Notes: generated by a model not told the origin, from the sequence alone. DNA of 64,000 nt from an uncultured Bacteroidales bacterium (GCA_964599365.1 CAZRFL010000004.1:22834-86833), one strand, 5' to 3'. Positions 1 through 9,460 are shown, counted from the first letter of the stretch. Numbers and translations: made by a program.

Positions 1-543
1 AGTGCCTATGGTAGCGGAGGTGCTGTACTCACCGATAGCGAAGACACTTTCCGTTTTTTGAAAAAACTCAGGTATCATGGCAAATCGGAACATAATGAAT
101 TTGAGATGTTGGGTTATAATAGCAGGCTTTCAGATCTTAACTGCGCACATCTCAGTTTCCAGATCACCGAACATCTTGCACAAAGAATTCATCGTTTGAA
201 TGAGATTGCCCGGCTGTATCAGAAGAATCTTCAGAATTTAAGTTATATCCGTTTGCCCGAAAACATAATGAGAGGCAAGCATGTTTACCATAAATACGTG
301 ATAAGAACAGGTAATAGAGATGAATTGAAGCAATTTCTTGCTGAAAAAGGCATTGCAACTATGGTTCACTATTCCAAGCCCCTGTATGAATATCCGCTGT
401 TTTCCGGAATCACAGATAGGCCGCCCCATAACCCACTCAGCAAAAGAATTTGCGGAGAAGTTCTTTCTTTGCCCATCTTCCCGGAATTGAGCGATAACGA
501 AATTGACTATATTTGCAATACAATACATTCTTTTAAATCATAG
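1..543 (+). CDS. DegT/DnrJ/EryC1/StrS PLP-dependent sugar aminotransferase (5'-truncated by window edge)
   Basis: Frame open from base 1 (SAYGSGGAVLTD...LRYHG); family motifs GYNSRL, HVYHKY, VHY, VLSLPIFPEL. Confidence 0.9.
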   Translation, partial: SAYGSGGAVLTDSEDTFRFLKKLRYHGKSEHNEFEMLGYNSRLSDLNCAHLSFQITEHLAQRIHRLNEIARLYQKNLQNLSYIRLPENIMRGKHVYHKYVIRTGNRDELKQFLAEKGIATMVHYSKPLYEYPLFSGITDRPPHNPLSKRICGEVLSLPIFPELSDNEIDYICNTIHSFKS

Positions 544-545
544 TT

Positions 546-1139
546 ATGCTCATTATAGGCTGTGGAGGATTAGGGAAAGAGATACTTACCATACTCATTG
601 AGGATCATTTTTCGGATGAAATAGTCTTTTATGATGAAGGGCCCAACGCACCTGACATGCTGTATGGCACTTATCGGGTCTTAAAAGACTTACCTGCGGT
701 AGAAGCCTATTTTCGTGGTGGCGACCGGCGCTTTATCACTGGCATTGGAAATCCGCGGATCAGAGAGATGCTGACTACAAAAATTGAAACTGTAACTGGT
801 TATCTGGATTCTGTCATTTCAAAACGTACCACTATCTTTCATTTTAATGACAAATATTCTGGCGTAATTATTCAACCGGGTGTGGGTATTTCGCATAATG
901 TAAGGATAGAAAAAGGGGCGGCCATTCATATCAATGCCACCATAGGTCATAGCACTTCTATAGGTAAATATGTAAATGTAGGTCCCAATGCTACCATAAT
1001 AGGTCCGGTTGAAATCGGAGCTTATTCCTATATAAGTGCACAGGCGGTAGTGCTCCCCAATATTACCATTGGAAAAAATGTAATTGTCTCGGCAGGCAAA
1101 GTAGTAAACAGAAGCCTTGCAGATTATGAAACCCTTTAA
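546..1139 (+). CDS. NeuD/PglD-family sugar N/O-acyltransferase (left-handed beta-helix)
   Basis: N-terminal IIGCGGLGKE, GIGNPRIR, hexapeptide repeats with TIGH. Confidence 0.85.
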   Translation: MLIIGCGGLGKEILTILIEDHFSDEIVFYDEGPNAPDMLYGTYRVLKDLPAVEAYFRGGDRRFITGIGNPRIREMLTTKIETVTGYLDSVISKRTTIFHFNDKYSGVIIQPGVGISHNVRIEKGAAIHINATIGHSTSIGKYVNVGPNATIIGPVEIGAYSYISAQAVVLPNITIGKNVIVSAGKVVNRSLADYETL

Positions 1140-1156
1140 AACTCAAAATTTAGATT

Positions 1157-1588
1157 ATGAAACTATTTAACAACCTTAGAAAAACTCTTTCGAGATTTAG
1201 TATCATTGATCTTGTTGTTTCGGTTATTGCAGGGGTTTTGGTTAGCAGAGTCCTCGCCTCGCTGCTCTACGATATCCTTTTCCCGCTTTTAGGTAATGGG
1301 GGGCAATTTCGGGATCTGAAATACACACTTATGGAGGCCAGTTGTTGTCAGTCCGCAAACTCTATAAATTATGGTCTATTTATTCAGACCATTCTGGACT
1401 TTCTGATCATAGTTCTCTGTATAGCTGTATCCATTATCATTTATGGAAGTATCTTTAAGAAAAAAGAAGAGCCGAAGCCAGAGATCCCCCAACCTTTGCC
1501 CGAACCTGAACTTACAGAACATGACCTGCTTCATTATGAGATTGTAGAACTATTAAAAGAAATAAGGGATAATACCAAAACCAAATAG
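1157..1588 (+). CDS. MscL-family mechanosensitive channel, divergent
   Basis: TM1 IIDLVVSVIAG, DILFPLLG, INYGLFIQTILDFLII (TM2), C-terminal LLKEIRD. Confidence 0.75.
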   Translation: MKLFNNLRKTLSRFSIIDLVVSVIAGVLVSRVLASLLYDILFPLLGNGGQFRDLKYTLMEASCCQSANSINYGLFIQTILDFLIIVLCIAVSIIIYGSIFKKKEEPKPEIPQPLPEPELTEHDLLHYEIVELLKEIRDNTKTK

Positions 1589-1652
1589 GGGATTTCAATC
1601 TTTAGTCTGTTGCAAGGTAAACTTGATCATTTGAACGTGGTACCGGTATAAA

Positions 1653-2774
1653 TTATTCGGGATCCGATAGTCCCCCAAAGCGAGTCATTCGGACATAATT
1701 TTTAAAATTCTTAATGGTTTCCTTCTCCATTTCATGGAGTTCAGAAACTGTCAGGTCCTCAATAAAACAGGTAGGATCTTCTCCAAAAACATCTCCGGTC
1801 TGAAAATAGGCCATGGTACGGCATCCTCCACAGGTAAAACGGTATTTGCATTTTCCGCATTTTCCGCCAAAGTTTTCACGTGAAACTATTCTTTTGAACA
1901 AATCAGAATGAAACAATATTTGCTCCAGATCCTCATTCAAAACATTTCCGCCGGCCACATGATCACCCAGTAAGGGGCAGGGTGTAACGTCACCCTCGGG
2001 AGTTATAGAGTAAAATGACCCACACCAGCAACCCACAGAAGGGTTGGTGGGGACCAAACTGTTGGGTTTTGATTGCCCGGTTTCTGCAAAATAATTTTCC
2101 GTCGGAAGAAAAAAGGGAACAAAACTCACATAACCATGAAAATCTCTTCTTAGAGAGGGGTGTATTTTGTTCATTAGAATTTCTTTATTAAACATCAGGT
2201 GCTTTGCATCCGTATGCCTTGGGGTAAATGGTATCCTATTGAAAGGGAGTTTCAGTTCTTTAATTTTTTCTATGGTAGATGCAAAGGAATCAGCGGTATG
2301 TGCACCAGCAGCCACGCAGATATTCATCCTTATGTTTTCATTTTCAAGCTTTGCAATCAGTCGAAGTATATTGTCGGTTTCTACACTACGGCTGTCTGAA
2401 TTTTCTTCGTTATCAAATGAATTAATACCCAAGGAGATCATCAGGTTATCCCCTAACAGGTCCTTTAATTTCTTAATATTTTTATCGTTCAATGTGGCAC
2501 CGTTGCTTACAATACTTATCCTAAAGCCTATGTTATCGGCTTCATGCAACAATTCAAAAGCATCTCTACGTGATAAAAATTCGCCTCCCGAAAAATCAAT
2601 ATTGCGGGTACCCAATCGGTATGCCGGAAGAAAAACCCTGTTTACAATCTGGTCTAAAGTCAATTCATTACCCCATACGACATCCTTCAAATGTGAACCA
2701 CTCGAGCAGTGTTCGCAGGAATAATTACATTTTCGGGTGGTTTCGAAATACAGAGTATGAAAACTACCGCTCAT
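1653..2774 (-). CDS. Radical SAM/SPASM-domain protein (PqqE/NirJ/Ahb-like architecture)
   Basis: CNYSCEHC, FSGGE; SPASM cysteines GCWCG...PCP...CGKCKYRFTCGGCR...DPTC. Confidence 0.9.
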   Translation of the reverse strand: MSGSFHTLYFETTRKCNYSCEHCSSGSHLKDVVWGNELTLDQIVNRVFLPAYRLGTRNIDFSGGEFLSRRDAFELLHEADNIGFRISIVSNGATLNDKNIKKLKDLLGDNLMISLGINSFDNEENSDSRSVETDNILRLIAKLENENIRMNICVAAGAHTADSFASTIEKIKELKLPFNRIPFTPRHTDAKHLMFNKEILMNKIHPSLRRDFHGYVSFVPFFLPTENYFAETGQSKPNSLVPTNPSVGCWCGSFYSITPEGDVTPCPLLGDHVAGGNVLNEDLEQILFHSDLFKRIVSRENFGGKCGKCKYRFTCGGCRTMAYFQTGDVFGEDPTCFIEDLTVSELHEMEKETIKNFKNYVRMTRFGGLSDPE

Positions 2775-2785
2775 GTTTTTTTATA

Positions 2786-2822
2786 CAAAATTAGGACAAA
2801 AGGGCAAGAAAATGTATATTTG
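2786..2822. promoter_or_regulatory. Divergent Bacteroidota -7 promoter elements (TAnnTTTG)
   Basis: TAATTTTG on - strand (2786-2793) and TATATTTG on + strand (2815-2822) in a 62-bp intergenic gap. Confidence 0.6.
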
Positions 2823-2836
2823 CTAAAATATTTCCT

Positions 2837-3628
2837 ATGAAGTGGGTGTTTATTCTGGGTGGTTCAAGTGGTTTTGGTCTGGCATCAGCAAGATTATTTG
2901 CTGATAAAGGCTATAATCTTTTCATTGTTCATCGTGACCGTAAAGGGAACATGTCCGATTTAGAAAGATCTTTTCAACTCATACGCGAAAAAGGTGTCAA
3001 TCTTATCAGCGTTAACACAAATGCCAATACAGGTGACGGAAAAGATCTGATCATATCAAGGTTAAACGAAACTTTGAAAGAAACAGGAAAGATAAGCGTC
3101 TTTTTGCATTCCATAGCTGATGGCAATATTAATCCATTGATAGGGACTATATCGGAAAGCACCTCCTCCCCTGTTTTAAGCGAAGATGATTTATCGCATA
3201 CGATACATGCTATGGGTAGCAGTTTTCTCATCTGGAGCCGTTTACTGCACGACCATGGATTCTTTCACAATCCTGCTCGTATCATAGGTATCACCAGTGA
3301 AGGTTCCCATAAAGTAATTCCTGGTTATGCCGCGGTTGCAGCTGCAAAATCTGTTCTTGAATCGGGTTGTCGTTACCTGGCTTCCGAACTGGCCCCTTTT
3401 GGTATAACCACCAATCTGATCAATGCTGGCATTACCGAAACACCCGCTCTTAAGGCCATTCATTCTTCTCATAAGATTATTGAAAATGCGATCAGCCGAA
3501 ATCCTTTTAAGCGATTGACCCAACCGGGAGATGTTGCCAAGGTCATTTGCTTGCTTGCCACCGATGAGGCTGCCTGGATAAACGGTGAAATCATCAGAGT
3601 GAATGGCGGAGAGCACTTAAGCATGTGA
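2837..3628 (+). CDS. SDR enoyl-ACP reductase, FabL/FabI-like
   Basis: GGSSGFG Rossmann motif; Yx6K catalytic motif YAAVAAAK; NPFKRLTQPGDVA. Confidence 0.8.
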   Translation: MKWVFILGGSSGFGLASARLFADKGYNLFIVHRDRKGNMSDLERSFQLIREKGVNLISVNTNANTGDGKDLIISRLNETLKETGKISVFLHSIADGNINPLIGTISESTSSPVLSEDDLSHTIHAMGSSFLIWSRLLHDHGFFHNPARIIGITSEGSHKVIPGYAAVAAAKSVLESGCRYLASELAPFGITTNLINAGITETPALKAIHSSHKIIENAISRNPFKRLTQPGDVAKVICLLATDEAAWINGEIIRVNGGEHLSM

Positions 3629-3679
3629 TTAATAAAATTGTTTTAGCATTTTGTTTTAAAACGAAGAAGATACAAAATA

Positions 3680-4135
3680 ATGATCAGTAGTACCCTTGAA
3701 AATAAGATTATTAACAGCTTGCCGTACGGCAAAAACTTCCTTTTTGTCGATGGTATCAAGGATGTCAACGAAAACGAGATCGTTGGTACCTATACTTTCA
3801 AAAAAGACAACAGTTTTTATCAGGGTCACTTCCCTGACAGGCCAGTAACTCCCGGTGTATTACTGGTGGAATCGATGGGACAGATTGGGTTGGTTTGTTT
3901 TGGAATCTATCTTCTTAAAATTCAAGAGAGTCATCAGCCTTTTTTACCCTTTCTTTCACATATTGAGGTTGATTTTCATGAGCCGGTATATCCCGGAGAA
4001 ACGGTAACAGTTCATTCCGAAAAAATTTATTTTAGAAACAACATTCTGAAATGCAAAATAAAAATGCTGAATTCTGAAAATAAAACAGTAGTTACAAAGA
4101 CAGGAATTTGTACTTTTAAACTTATTTCTGAATGA
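3680..4135 (+). CDS. 3-hydroxyacyl-ACP dehydratase, FabZ/FabA family
   Basis: LPY..FLFVD, FYQGHFPDRPVTPGVLLVESMGQ. Confidence 0.9.
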   Translation: MISSTLENKIINSLPYGKNFLFVDGIKDVNENEIVGTYTFKKDNSFYQGHFPDRPVTPGVLLVESMGQIGLVCFGIYLLKIQESHQPFLPFLSHIEVDFHEPVYPGETVTVHSEKIYFRNNILKCKIKMLNSENKTVVTKTGICTFKLISE

Positions 4136-5409
4136 AGAGAGTTGTAATTACGGGCATTGGAGTAGTAGCCTCTAACGGTTGCGGGAAAAATGAATTCCTG
4201 CATTCCATCAAAAATGGGATCAGTGGTGTCAAATTTATTCCTGAGTTGGAGACACTGAATTTCGGTTGTCAAATAGGAGGCATACCCGACATCAGTCGTT
4301 CAGAACACTTGCCGTTTTTAGAAAGACATAACCTGGCCAATGCCGGTTCAACCGTTCTATATGCCTGTATTGCCGGGTTGGAAGCTTGGAAAGATGCCGG
4401 ATTCTCTATCCCTGAGCATGATTCAAGCGAAGTTGACCCTGATACCGGAATTATAATTGGTAGTGGATTTGGGAGTATGGACATTATTGGCAATACTCTG
4501 GTTCCTCTTGTAAACGAAGGCAAACTTCGTAAAATCAGGAGCAGCGTTGTCGAGCAACTTATTTTCAGTGCCCCTGCAGCCATACTTTCGGGCTTATTGG
4601 CCACGGGTAATATCTCAACGGCCAATTCGAGTGCCTGTGCCACCGGTACTGAATCAATCCTCATGGGGTTCGAGGCCATACGAAGTGGCAAAGCCAAAAG
4701 AATATTGGCAGGCAGTACTGAGGGTTATTCACCCTATTACTGGGCTATTTTTGACTCCTTGCGGGTAACAGCAGCCCAATATAACGACAAACCCGAAAAA
4801 GCTTGCCGCCCCATGAGCGAAAGTGCCTGCGGACTGGTCCCCGCCGCTGGTGCCGGAATGCTCATGCTGGAAGATCTTTCCTCCGCCCTTGAACGAAATG
4901 CTCCTATTTATGCAGAGATAGGAGGAGGTTTTTTGAATTCAGGGGGTCAGAGAAACGGGGGAACCATGACCGCGCCCAATTCTCATGCCGTTATTAATTG
5001 TATCGTACAAGCATTGAAAAATGCCGAAATCAGTGCCGATGAAATCGATTGTATTTCGGGTCATTTATCGTCTACTATGGCCGATGCTACCGAAATAAAG
5101 AATTGGTCGGCAGCCCTGCAAAGAGACAAACAGAATTTCCCTTACATAAATTCACTCAAATCAATGACAGGACATAGTCTTGGCGCCAGTGGTGCCATAG
5201 AGTCCGTTGCAGCAGTTATGCAAATTAAACACCAGTTTATTCACCCGTCCATCAATTGCCAAGATGTACATCCCGAAATTTCCGAGATAATTGATGCTGA
5301 AAAAATACCACACACCACGATTAACGGAAAAAACATACGTACTTTAGCCAAAACAAGTTTTGGATTTGGGGACGTGAACGCATGTGTCATTCTAAAAAAA
5401 TACAACTAA
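4132..5409 (+). CDS. Beta-ketoacyl-ACP synthase, FabF-like
   Basis: RVVITGIG, SSACATG (Cys), GHLSST and KSMTGHSLGASG (His-His), SFGFG; ATGA overlap with the upstream gene. Confidence 0.92.
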   Translation: MKRVVITGIGVVASNGCGKNEFLHSIKNGISGVKFIPELETLNFGCQIGGIPDISRSEHLPFLERHNLANAGSTVLYACIAGLEAWKDAGFSIPEHDSSEVDPDTGIIIGSGFGSMDIIGNTLVPLVNEGKLRKIRSSVVEQLIFSAPAAILSGLLATGNISTANSSACATGTESILMGFEAIRSGKAKRILAGSTEGYSPYYWAIFDSLRVTAAQYNDKPEKACRPMSESACGLVPAAGAGMLMLEDLSSALERNAPIYAEIGGGFLNSGGQRNGGTMTAPNSHAVINCIVQALKNAEISADEIDCISGHLSSTMADATEIKNWSAALQRDKQNFPYINSLKSMTGHSLGASGAIESVAAVMQIKHQFIHPSINCQDVHPEISEIIDAEKIPHTTINGKNIRTLAKTSFGFGDVNACVILKKYN

Positions 5410-5410
5410 A

Positions 5411-5650
5411 ATGGAAGAACAAAGAGACAAGGTCATTAAAATTCTTGACAAATACATTTTCGACAAGACCATTTGGAAAACAGCAACTGTCAATCCAAGG
5501 ATTATCAGCGATCTGAAAATAAACTCAGCCCGTATTGTGGACATTATTATTGATATTGAAGAAGAATTTGACATTGAATTCGACAACAAGTCATTACAGA
5601 AAGCCATTACATTAAACGATATCCTTTCAATAATTCAGACCAAAAAATAA
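5411..5650 (+). CDS. Acyl carrier protein
   Basis: 79 aa; DLKINSARIVDIIIDIEEEFDIE with the Ppant serine in an NS context. Confidence 0.85.
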   Translation: MEEQRDKVIKILDKYIFDKTIWKTATVNPRIISDLKINSARIVDIIIDIEEEFDIEFDNKSLQKAITLNDILSIIQTKK

Positions 5651-5654
5651 AAAA

Positions 5655-6263
5655 ATGGGGAGGTGCTTTGTAGGCAACGATATTTTATCTCTTGAGGACA
5701 AACATAACCAACACAGTTTTTCCAATCCAAAATTTCTGCGAAAAATATTGACAGATAAGGAGTGGAATTTTGTTTTTAGGGAGAATAAACCCTTTCTTCC
5801 CTTTCTTTTTTGGACATGCAAAGAAAGTGCTTATAAAATTGCCCTTAAAGCCGGATTATATGGAGGTTTTGTACCTCAGTATTTTGAAGTAACTATGGAA
5901 AAGAATTGTACAAAAAATAAATTTGCCGGTTTAGTACGCTTTCAGGATATGGTATTTTACTTTCGTTCAGAGATTGCTGACGGGTACATCTCAACACTTG
6001 CCAGCAACAACAACCATTCATGGCAATTCATTCAGATTTACAACGGTATCAGCCAAAATTCTGATCCTGGTTCACAAATGAAAAAACACTTGAAACAGAA
6101 TATTTCCCAAAATTACAACTTATCTTGTAGTGATTTCGGGATTTATAAAGACGAAAAAGGGATTCCCTTTTTACATGGTCCGATTGAGCATGTTATGCCT
6201 GATATTTCATTCAGTCATGATGATGTTTACTTTTCATACGCCATACTTTATCCGCAGGTATGA
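5655..6263 (+). CDS. 4'-phosphopantetheinyl transferase
   Basis: VGNDI, FWTCKESAYK, GIPFL...ISFSHD. Confidence 0.85.
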   Translation: MGRCFVGNDILSLEDKHNQHSFSNPKFLRKILTDKEWNFVFRENKPFLPFLFWTCKESAYKIALKAGLYGGFVPQYFEVTMEKNCTKNKFAGLVRFQDMVFYFRSEIADGYISTLASNNNHSWQFIQIYNGISQNSDPGSQMKKHLKQNISQNYNLSCSDFGIYKDEKGIPFLHGPIEHVMPDISFSHDDVYFSYAILYPQV

Positions 6264-7225
6264 TGGAAGATAAAAATGAAAAACCGCTGGTCAGTATTGC
6301 TATGCCGGTCTACAATCATGAATTTTATGTTGCCGAAGCCATTGAAAGTGTTCTTAATCAAAAAACATCTTTTGCGTATGAGCTCGTTATTGGAGATGAT
6401 CACTCAACGGACAACACCTTAAAGGTACTCTTGTCCTACAAAGATAAATATCCCGACAAGATTAAGTTGCTATTGTCAGAAACCAACAGGGGAGCCTCCC
6501 ATAACGCATCCCAAATATATAAGGAATGTTCAGGAAAATATATTGCATTGCTCGAGGGAGATGACCATTGGGTTTACGAATTGAAATTACAAAAGCAGAT
6601 AGAATTCCTGGAAGCGCATTCCGATTATTCAGGCTGTTTTCATGATGCACATATTGTCACTAGCCCCATGGAGGATAAGACAAAACAGAATCAATTTCAC
6701 GAGGAATACAAATTTTATTCTCAATTCAACAAATATCATAGCGATTTTTATCCCTGGAATGTAATAGAAAGAAACATCATTCCCACATCTTCCCTAGTAG
6801 TCAGAAATAGTGAAAATTTAATAACCTTTTTTGAAACTTTCAGCGATATAAACTTGTCTGTGATCTGGGCCTTTCAGATGTTTGTGATAAAGGACTCGAA
6901 ATTTCGCTACATCAATGAAGTATGGTCCCAATATAACGACCATCCCGGAGGCATATCAAAGACACAATCCCTGGATTCATTCAAACTGTCAAATATTGAG
7001 GTTTTGAAACGTTTTGCAAAAGACATCTATGATGTACAAAAATATTCATTCTATCACACAATAGCAGAAGAATACCTTCAAATACTATTTAACAAACGTG
7101 GTCTGATAAAAAAGAAATCGGGTTTATACAAATACATACTTTTATACTTGCTCTATTCTCTTAAGTCTATTCATTATCAGATAAAAAATGTACTTTATAA
7201 CCGAAAAAACATAAAAGCGAATTAA
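6260..7225 (+). CDS. Glycosyltransferase family 2
   Basis: VSIAMPVYNHE, GDDHSTD, LLEGDDHW...KLQKQ. Confidence 0.9.
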   Translation: MMEDKNEKPLVSIAMPVYNHEFYVAEAIESVLNQKTSFAYELVIGDDHSTDNTLKVLLSYKDKYPDKIKLLLSETNRGASHNASQIYKECSGKYIALLEGDDHWVYELKLQKQIEFLEAHSDYSGCFHDAHIVTSPMEDKTKQNQFHEEYKFYSQFNKYHSDFYPWNVIERNIIPTSSLVVRNSENLITFFETFSDINLSVIWAFQMFVIKDSKFRYINEVWSQYNDHPGGISKTQSLDSFKLSNIEVLKRFAKDIYDVQKYSFYHTIAEEYLQILFNKRGLIKKKSGLYKYILLYLLYSLKSIHYQIKNVLYNRKNIKAN

Positions 7226-8988
7226 TGTGTGGTATAATAGGCATTTGGAATTTCGCTGAAAGAGTTGATAGGGATGAATTCGCCAGACTCCGGGATATGA
7301 TGACGCATCGTGGTCCTGATGGGGCAGGTATGTATTTTAATGAGTCTGAGCATGTGGCCCTGGGGCACCGTCGATTGTCATTGATCGATCTTTCGAAGAC
7401 CGGAACTCAGCCTGTCTGCAACGAAGACAGAACACTCTGGCTAACAGCCAATGGAGAAATCTACAATTACAAAGAATTAAGGAAAGAGTTAATGGCCCTG
7501 GGACACATTTTCTCGTCCACAGGCGACTCCGAAATAATCCTACATGCTTATGAGGAATGGGGAACAGCATTATTAAAGAGGTTAAAAGGCATGTTCGCTT
7601 TTTGTATCTACGATCAGAAGGAGAGAATCTTTTTTATAGCACGCGACCGCTTCGGAATCAAACCTTGCTATTATTATCACCGAAACAATACATTCCTCTT
7701 TGCTTCTGAATTGAAATCTATTGTTGCTTACCACGACTTTAAAAAGGAGATAGACCACTCCTCGGTTTGCAATTATTTAACCTACCGCTACGTTCCCAGT
7801 CCACAAACCATTTGGAAAGACACTTATAAGCTACCCCCTGCCCATTATCTGATTCTGAAAGAGGATCAATCCCTGGAAATTTCGGAATACTGGACCCCCC
7901 AACCCAAACACAATCATTTCGATGAAAAATATCTGATAGAAAGAACTGATGAACTATTGGAAAACTCCGTAAAGCAACACCTGGAAAGTGATGTTGCTGT
8001 GGGAAGTTTTTTGAGTGGTGGCTACGACTCAAGTGCACTTGTTTATTATATGAACCGCCTGCATTATCCTACCCAAACTTTCTCCATTGGGTTCAAAGAC
8101 TGGGAACAAAGTGAACATAAATATGCAGGGATAGTTTCTGCAGCCTTTCAAACAGAACATGAAAACCAAATACTCGACAGTTCATCTCTGGACATAGTGG
8201 ACCAATTGATGACTTATTACGACGAACCTCTGGCCGACATTTCCATCGTCCCCACTTATTTTGTCAGTCGTCTTGCTTCGGGAAAAGTGAAGGCAATCCT
8301 CTCGGGCGAAGGAAGCGACGAGATATTTGCAGGATATACCTGGCATAGGAATCCCGGCTCAAAGCCCTCACTGTGGGAGCGAATATTACCGTCACAGTCT
8401 GATAAAGGATTCTCTGTTGAGAATTATGCCCTCGCTATGGCCATGGGGCTTTTTGACAAAAAAAACCTGCAAAACACCATGGGGCATGACTATCAAAAAG
8501 ACATACCCCATGATCCCTTCTGGTTTTATAATCATCATTATAAACCTGAAATGGGCAACATCAAGTCTTTTCAGTATCTCGATAGTAAAACCTTTATGGG
8601 TGAACTGGTGTTGACCAAAATTGACAGGGCAAGTATGGCAAATTCATTAGAGGTCAGGGTCCCCTTTCTCGATCACGAATTGTTTGAATTTGTCTTTAGT
8701 TTACCCGAACAGGATTATATTAAAAAAGAAAAACAGAAGTTTCTGTTGTACGAGAACATAAAAAATTCCTTGCCGGAGGAAATTCTGCAAAGAAAAAAAC
8801 AGGGATTTGTCGGTCCAGACAGTTATTATATGAACATGGAGTGGTATCGGCATAACCTCAAAAACAGCCGTATTGTGAAGGATGGATTGATTCAGGGAAT
8901 GGCTCTCGACGAATTTTTTCGTAACAACGATCATTGGCGGCTTTGGAAGTTGTTAATTCTTGAAAAATGGTACAAACGGTGGATGTAG
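7225..8988 (+). CDS. asnB: Asparagine synthase (glutamine-hydrolysing) family amidotransferase
   Basis: MCGI N-terminus, HRGPD, NGEIYN, RDRFGIKP, LSGGYDSS, SGEGSDE, EVRVPFLD. Confidence 0.92.
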   Translation: MCGIIGIWNFAERVDRDEFARLRDMMTHRGPDGAGMYFNESEHVALGHRRLSLIDLSKTGTQPVCNEDRTLWLTANGEIYNYKELRKELMALGHIFSSTGDSEIILHAYEEWGTALLKRLKGMFAFCIYDQKERIFFIARDRFGIKPCYYYHRNNTFLFASELKSIVAYHDFKKEIDHSSVCNYLTYRYVPSPQTIWKDTYKLPPAHYLILKEDQSLEISEYWTPQPKHNHFDEKYLIERTDELLENSVKQHLESDVAVGSFLSGGYDSSALVYYMNRLHYPTQTFSIGFKDWEQSEHKYAGIVSAAFQTEHENQILDSSSLDIVDQLMTYYDEPLADISIVPTYFVSRLASGKVKAILSGEGSDEIFAGYTWHRNPGSKPSLWERILPSQSDKGFSVENYALAMAMGLFDKKNLQNTMGHDYQKDIPHDPFWFYNHHYKPEMGNIKSFQYLDSKTFMGELVLTKIDRASMANSLEVRVPFLDHELFEFVFSLPEQDYIKKEKQKFLLYENIKNSLPEEILQRKKQGFVGPDSYYMNMEWYRHNLKNSRIVKDGLIQGMALDEFFRNNDHWRLWKLLILEKWYKRWM

Positions 8989-8998
8989 CGCCTATTGG

Positions 8999-9029
8999 CG
9001 TAATTGCGAGGAAGAATGACGAAGCAATC
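8999..9029 (+). repeat. REP-like palindromic repeat, copy 1
   Basis: cgtaattgcgaggaagaatgacgaagcaatc, matches the copy at 9414-9444. Confidence 0.75.
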
Positions 9030-9037
9030 ATAAAAGC

Positions 9038-9337
9038 ATGAAAAAAGGAGGCTGCATATACATAATGACAAACAACAACAATACAACCCTGTATACGGGA
9101 GTAACCTCTGATTTATATACCAGAGTCCATCAGCATAAAAATAATTTTTACCCGGATTCTTTTAGTGCAAAGTATAATTTGCATAAACTCGTGTACTTCG
9201 AAGCATTTCATTCGATTGAAGAGGCAATTGCGAGAGAAAAACAGATTAAGGCTGGTTCGCGTAAAAAAAAGGAAGCATTGATTCAGGGGTTCAATCCTGA
9301 ATGGAAGGATTTATATAATGAAGTTAAGGAGTGGTAA
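9038..9337 (+). CDS. Stand-alone GIY-YIG nuclease family protein
   Basis: CIYIMTN...LYTGVTSDL..RVHQH, KYNLHKLVYFE, AIAREKQIK, NPEWKDL. Confidence 0.92.
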   Translation: MKKGGCIYIMTNNNNTTLYTGVTSDLYTRVHQHKNNFYPDSFSAKYNLHKLVYFEAFHSIEEAIAREKQIKAGSRKKKEALIQGFNPEWKDLYNEVKEW

Positions 9338-9360
9338 CTATGAGGTGCACTGTAACGATG

Positions 9361-9444
9361 GATTGCTTCACTACGTTCGCAATGACGCTGCACTGCGTTC
9401 GCGAAAGGAAAGCCGTCATTGCGAGGAGGTACGACGAAGCAATC
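9361..9444. repeat. REP-like inverted repeat pair (copies 2 and 3)
   Basis: gattgcttcactacgttcgcaatgacg (9361-9387) is an inverted copy of cgtcattgcgaggaggtacgacgaagcaatc (9414-9444). Confidence 0.75.
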
Positions 9445-9460
9445 TTAATATAATTACCCT

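Noticed and set aside
2837-6263. Housekeeping FAS II operon, or aryl polyene/flexirubin cluster
   Set aside because: No fabD/fabH/fabG/plsX, atypical ACP and KS motifs, and no chain-length factor, ammonia lyase or DarAB genes in the window
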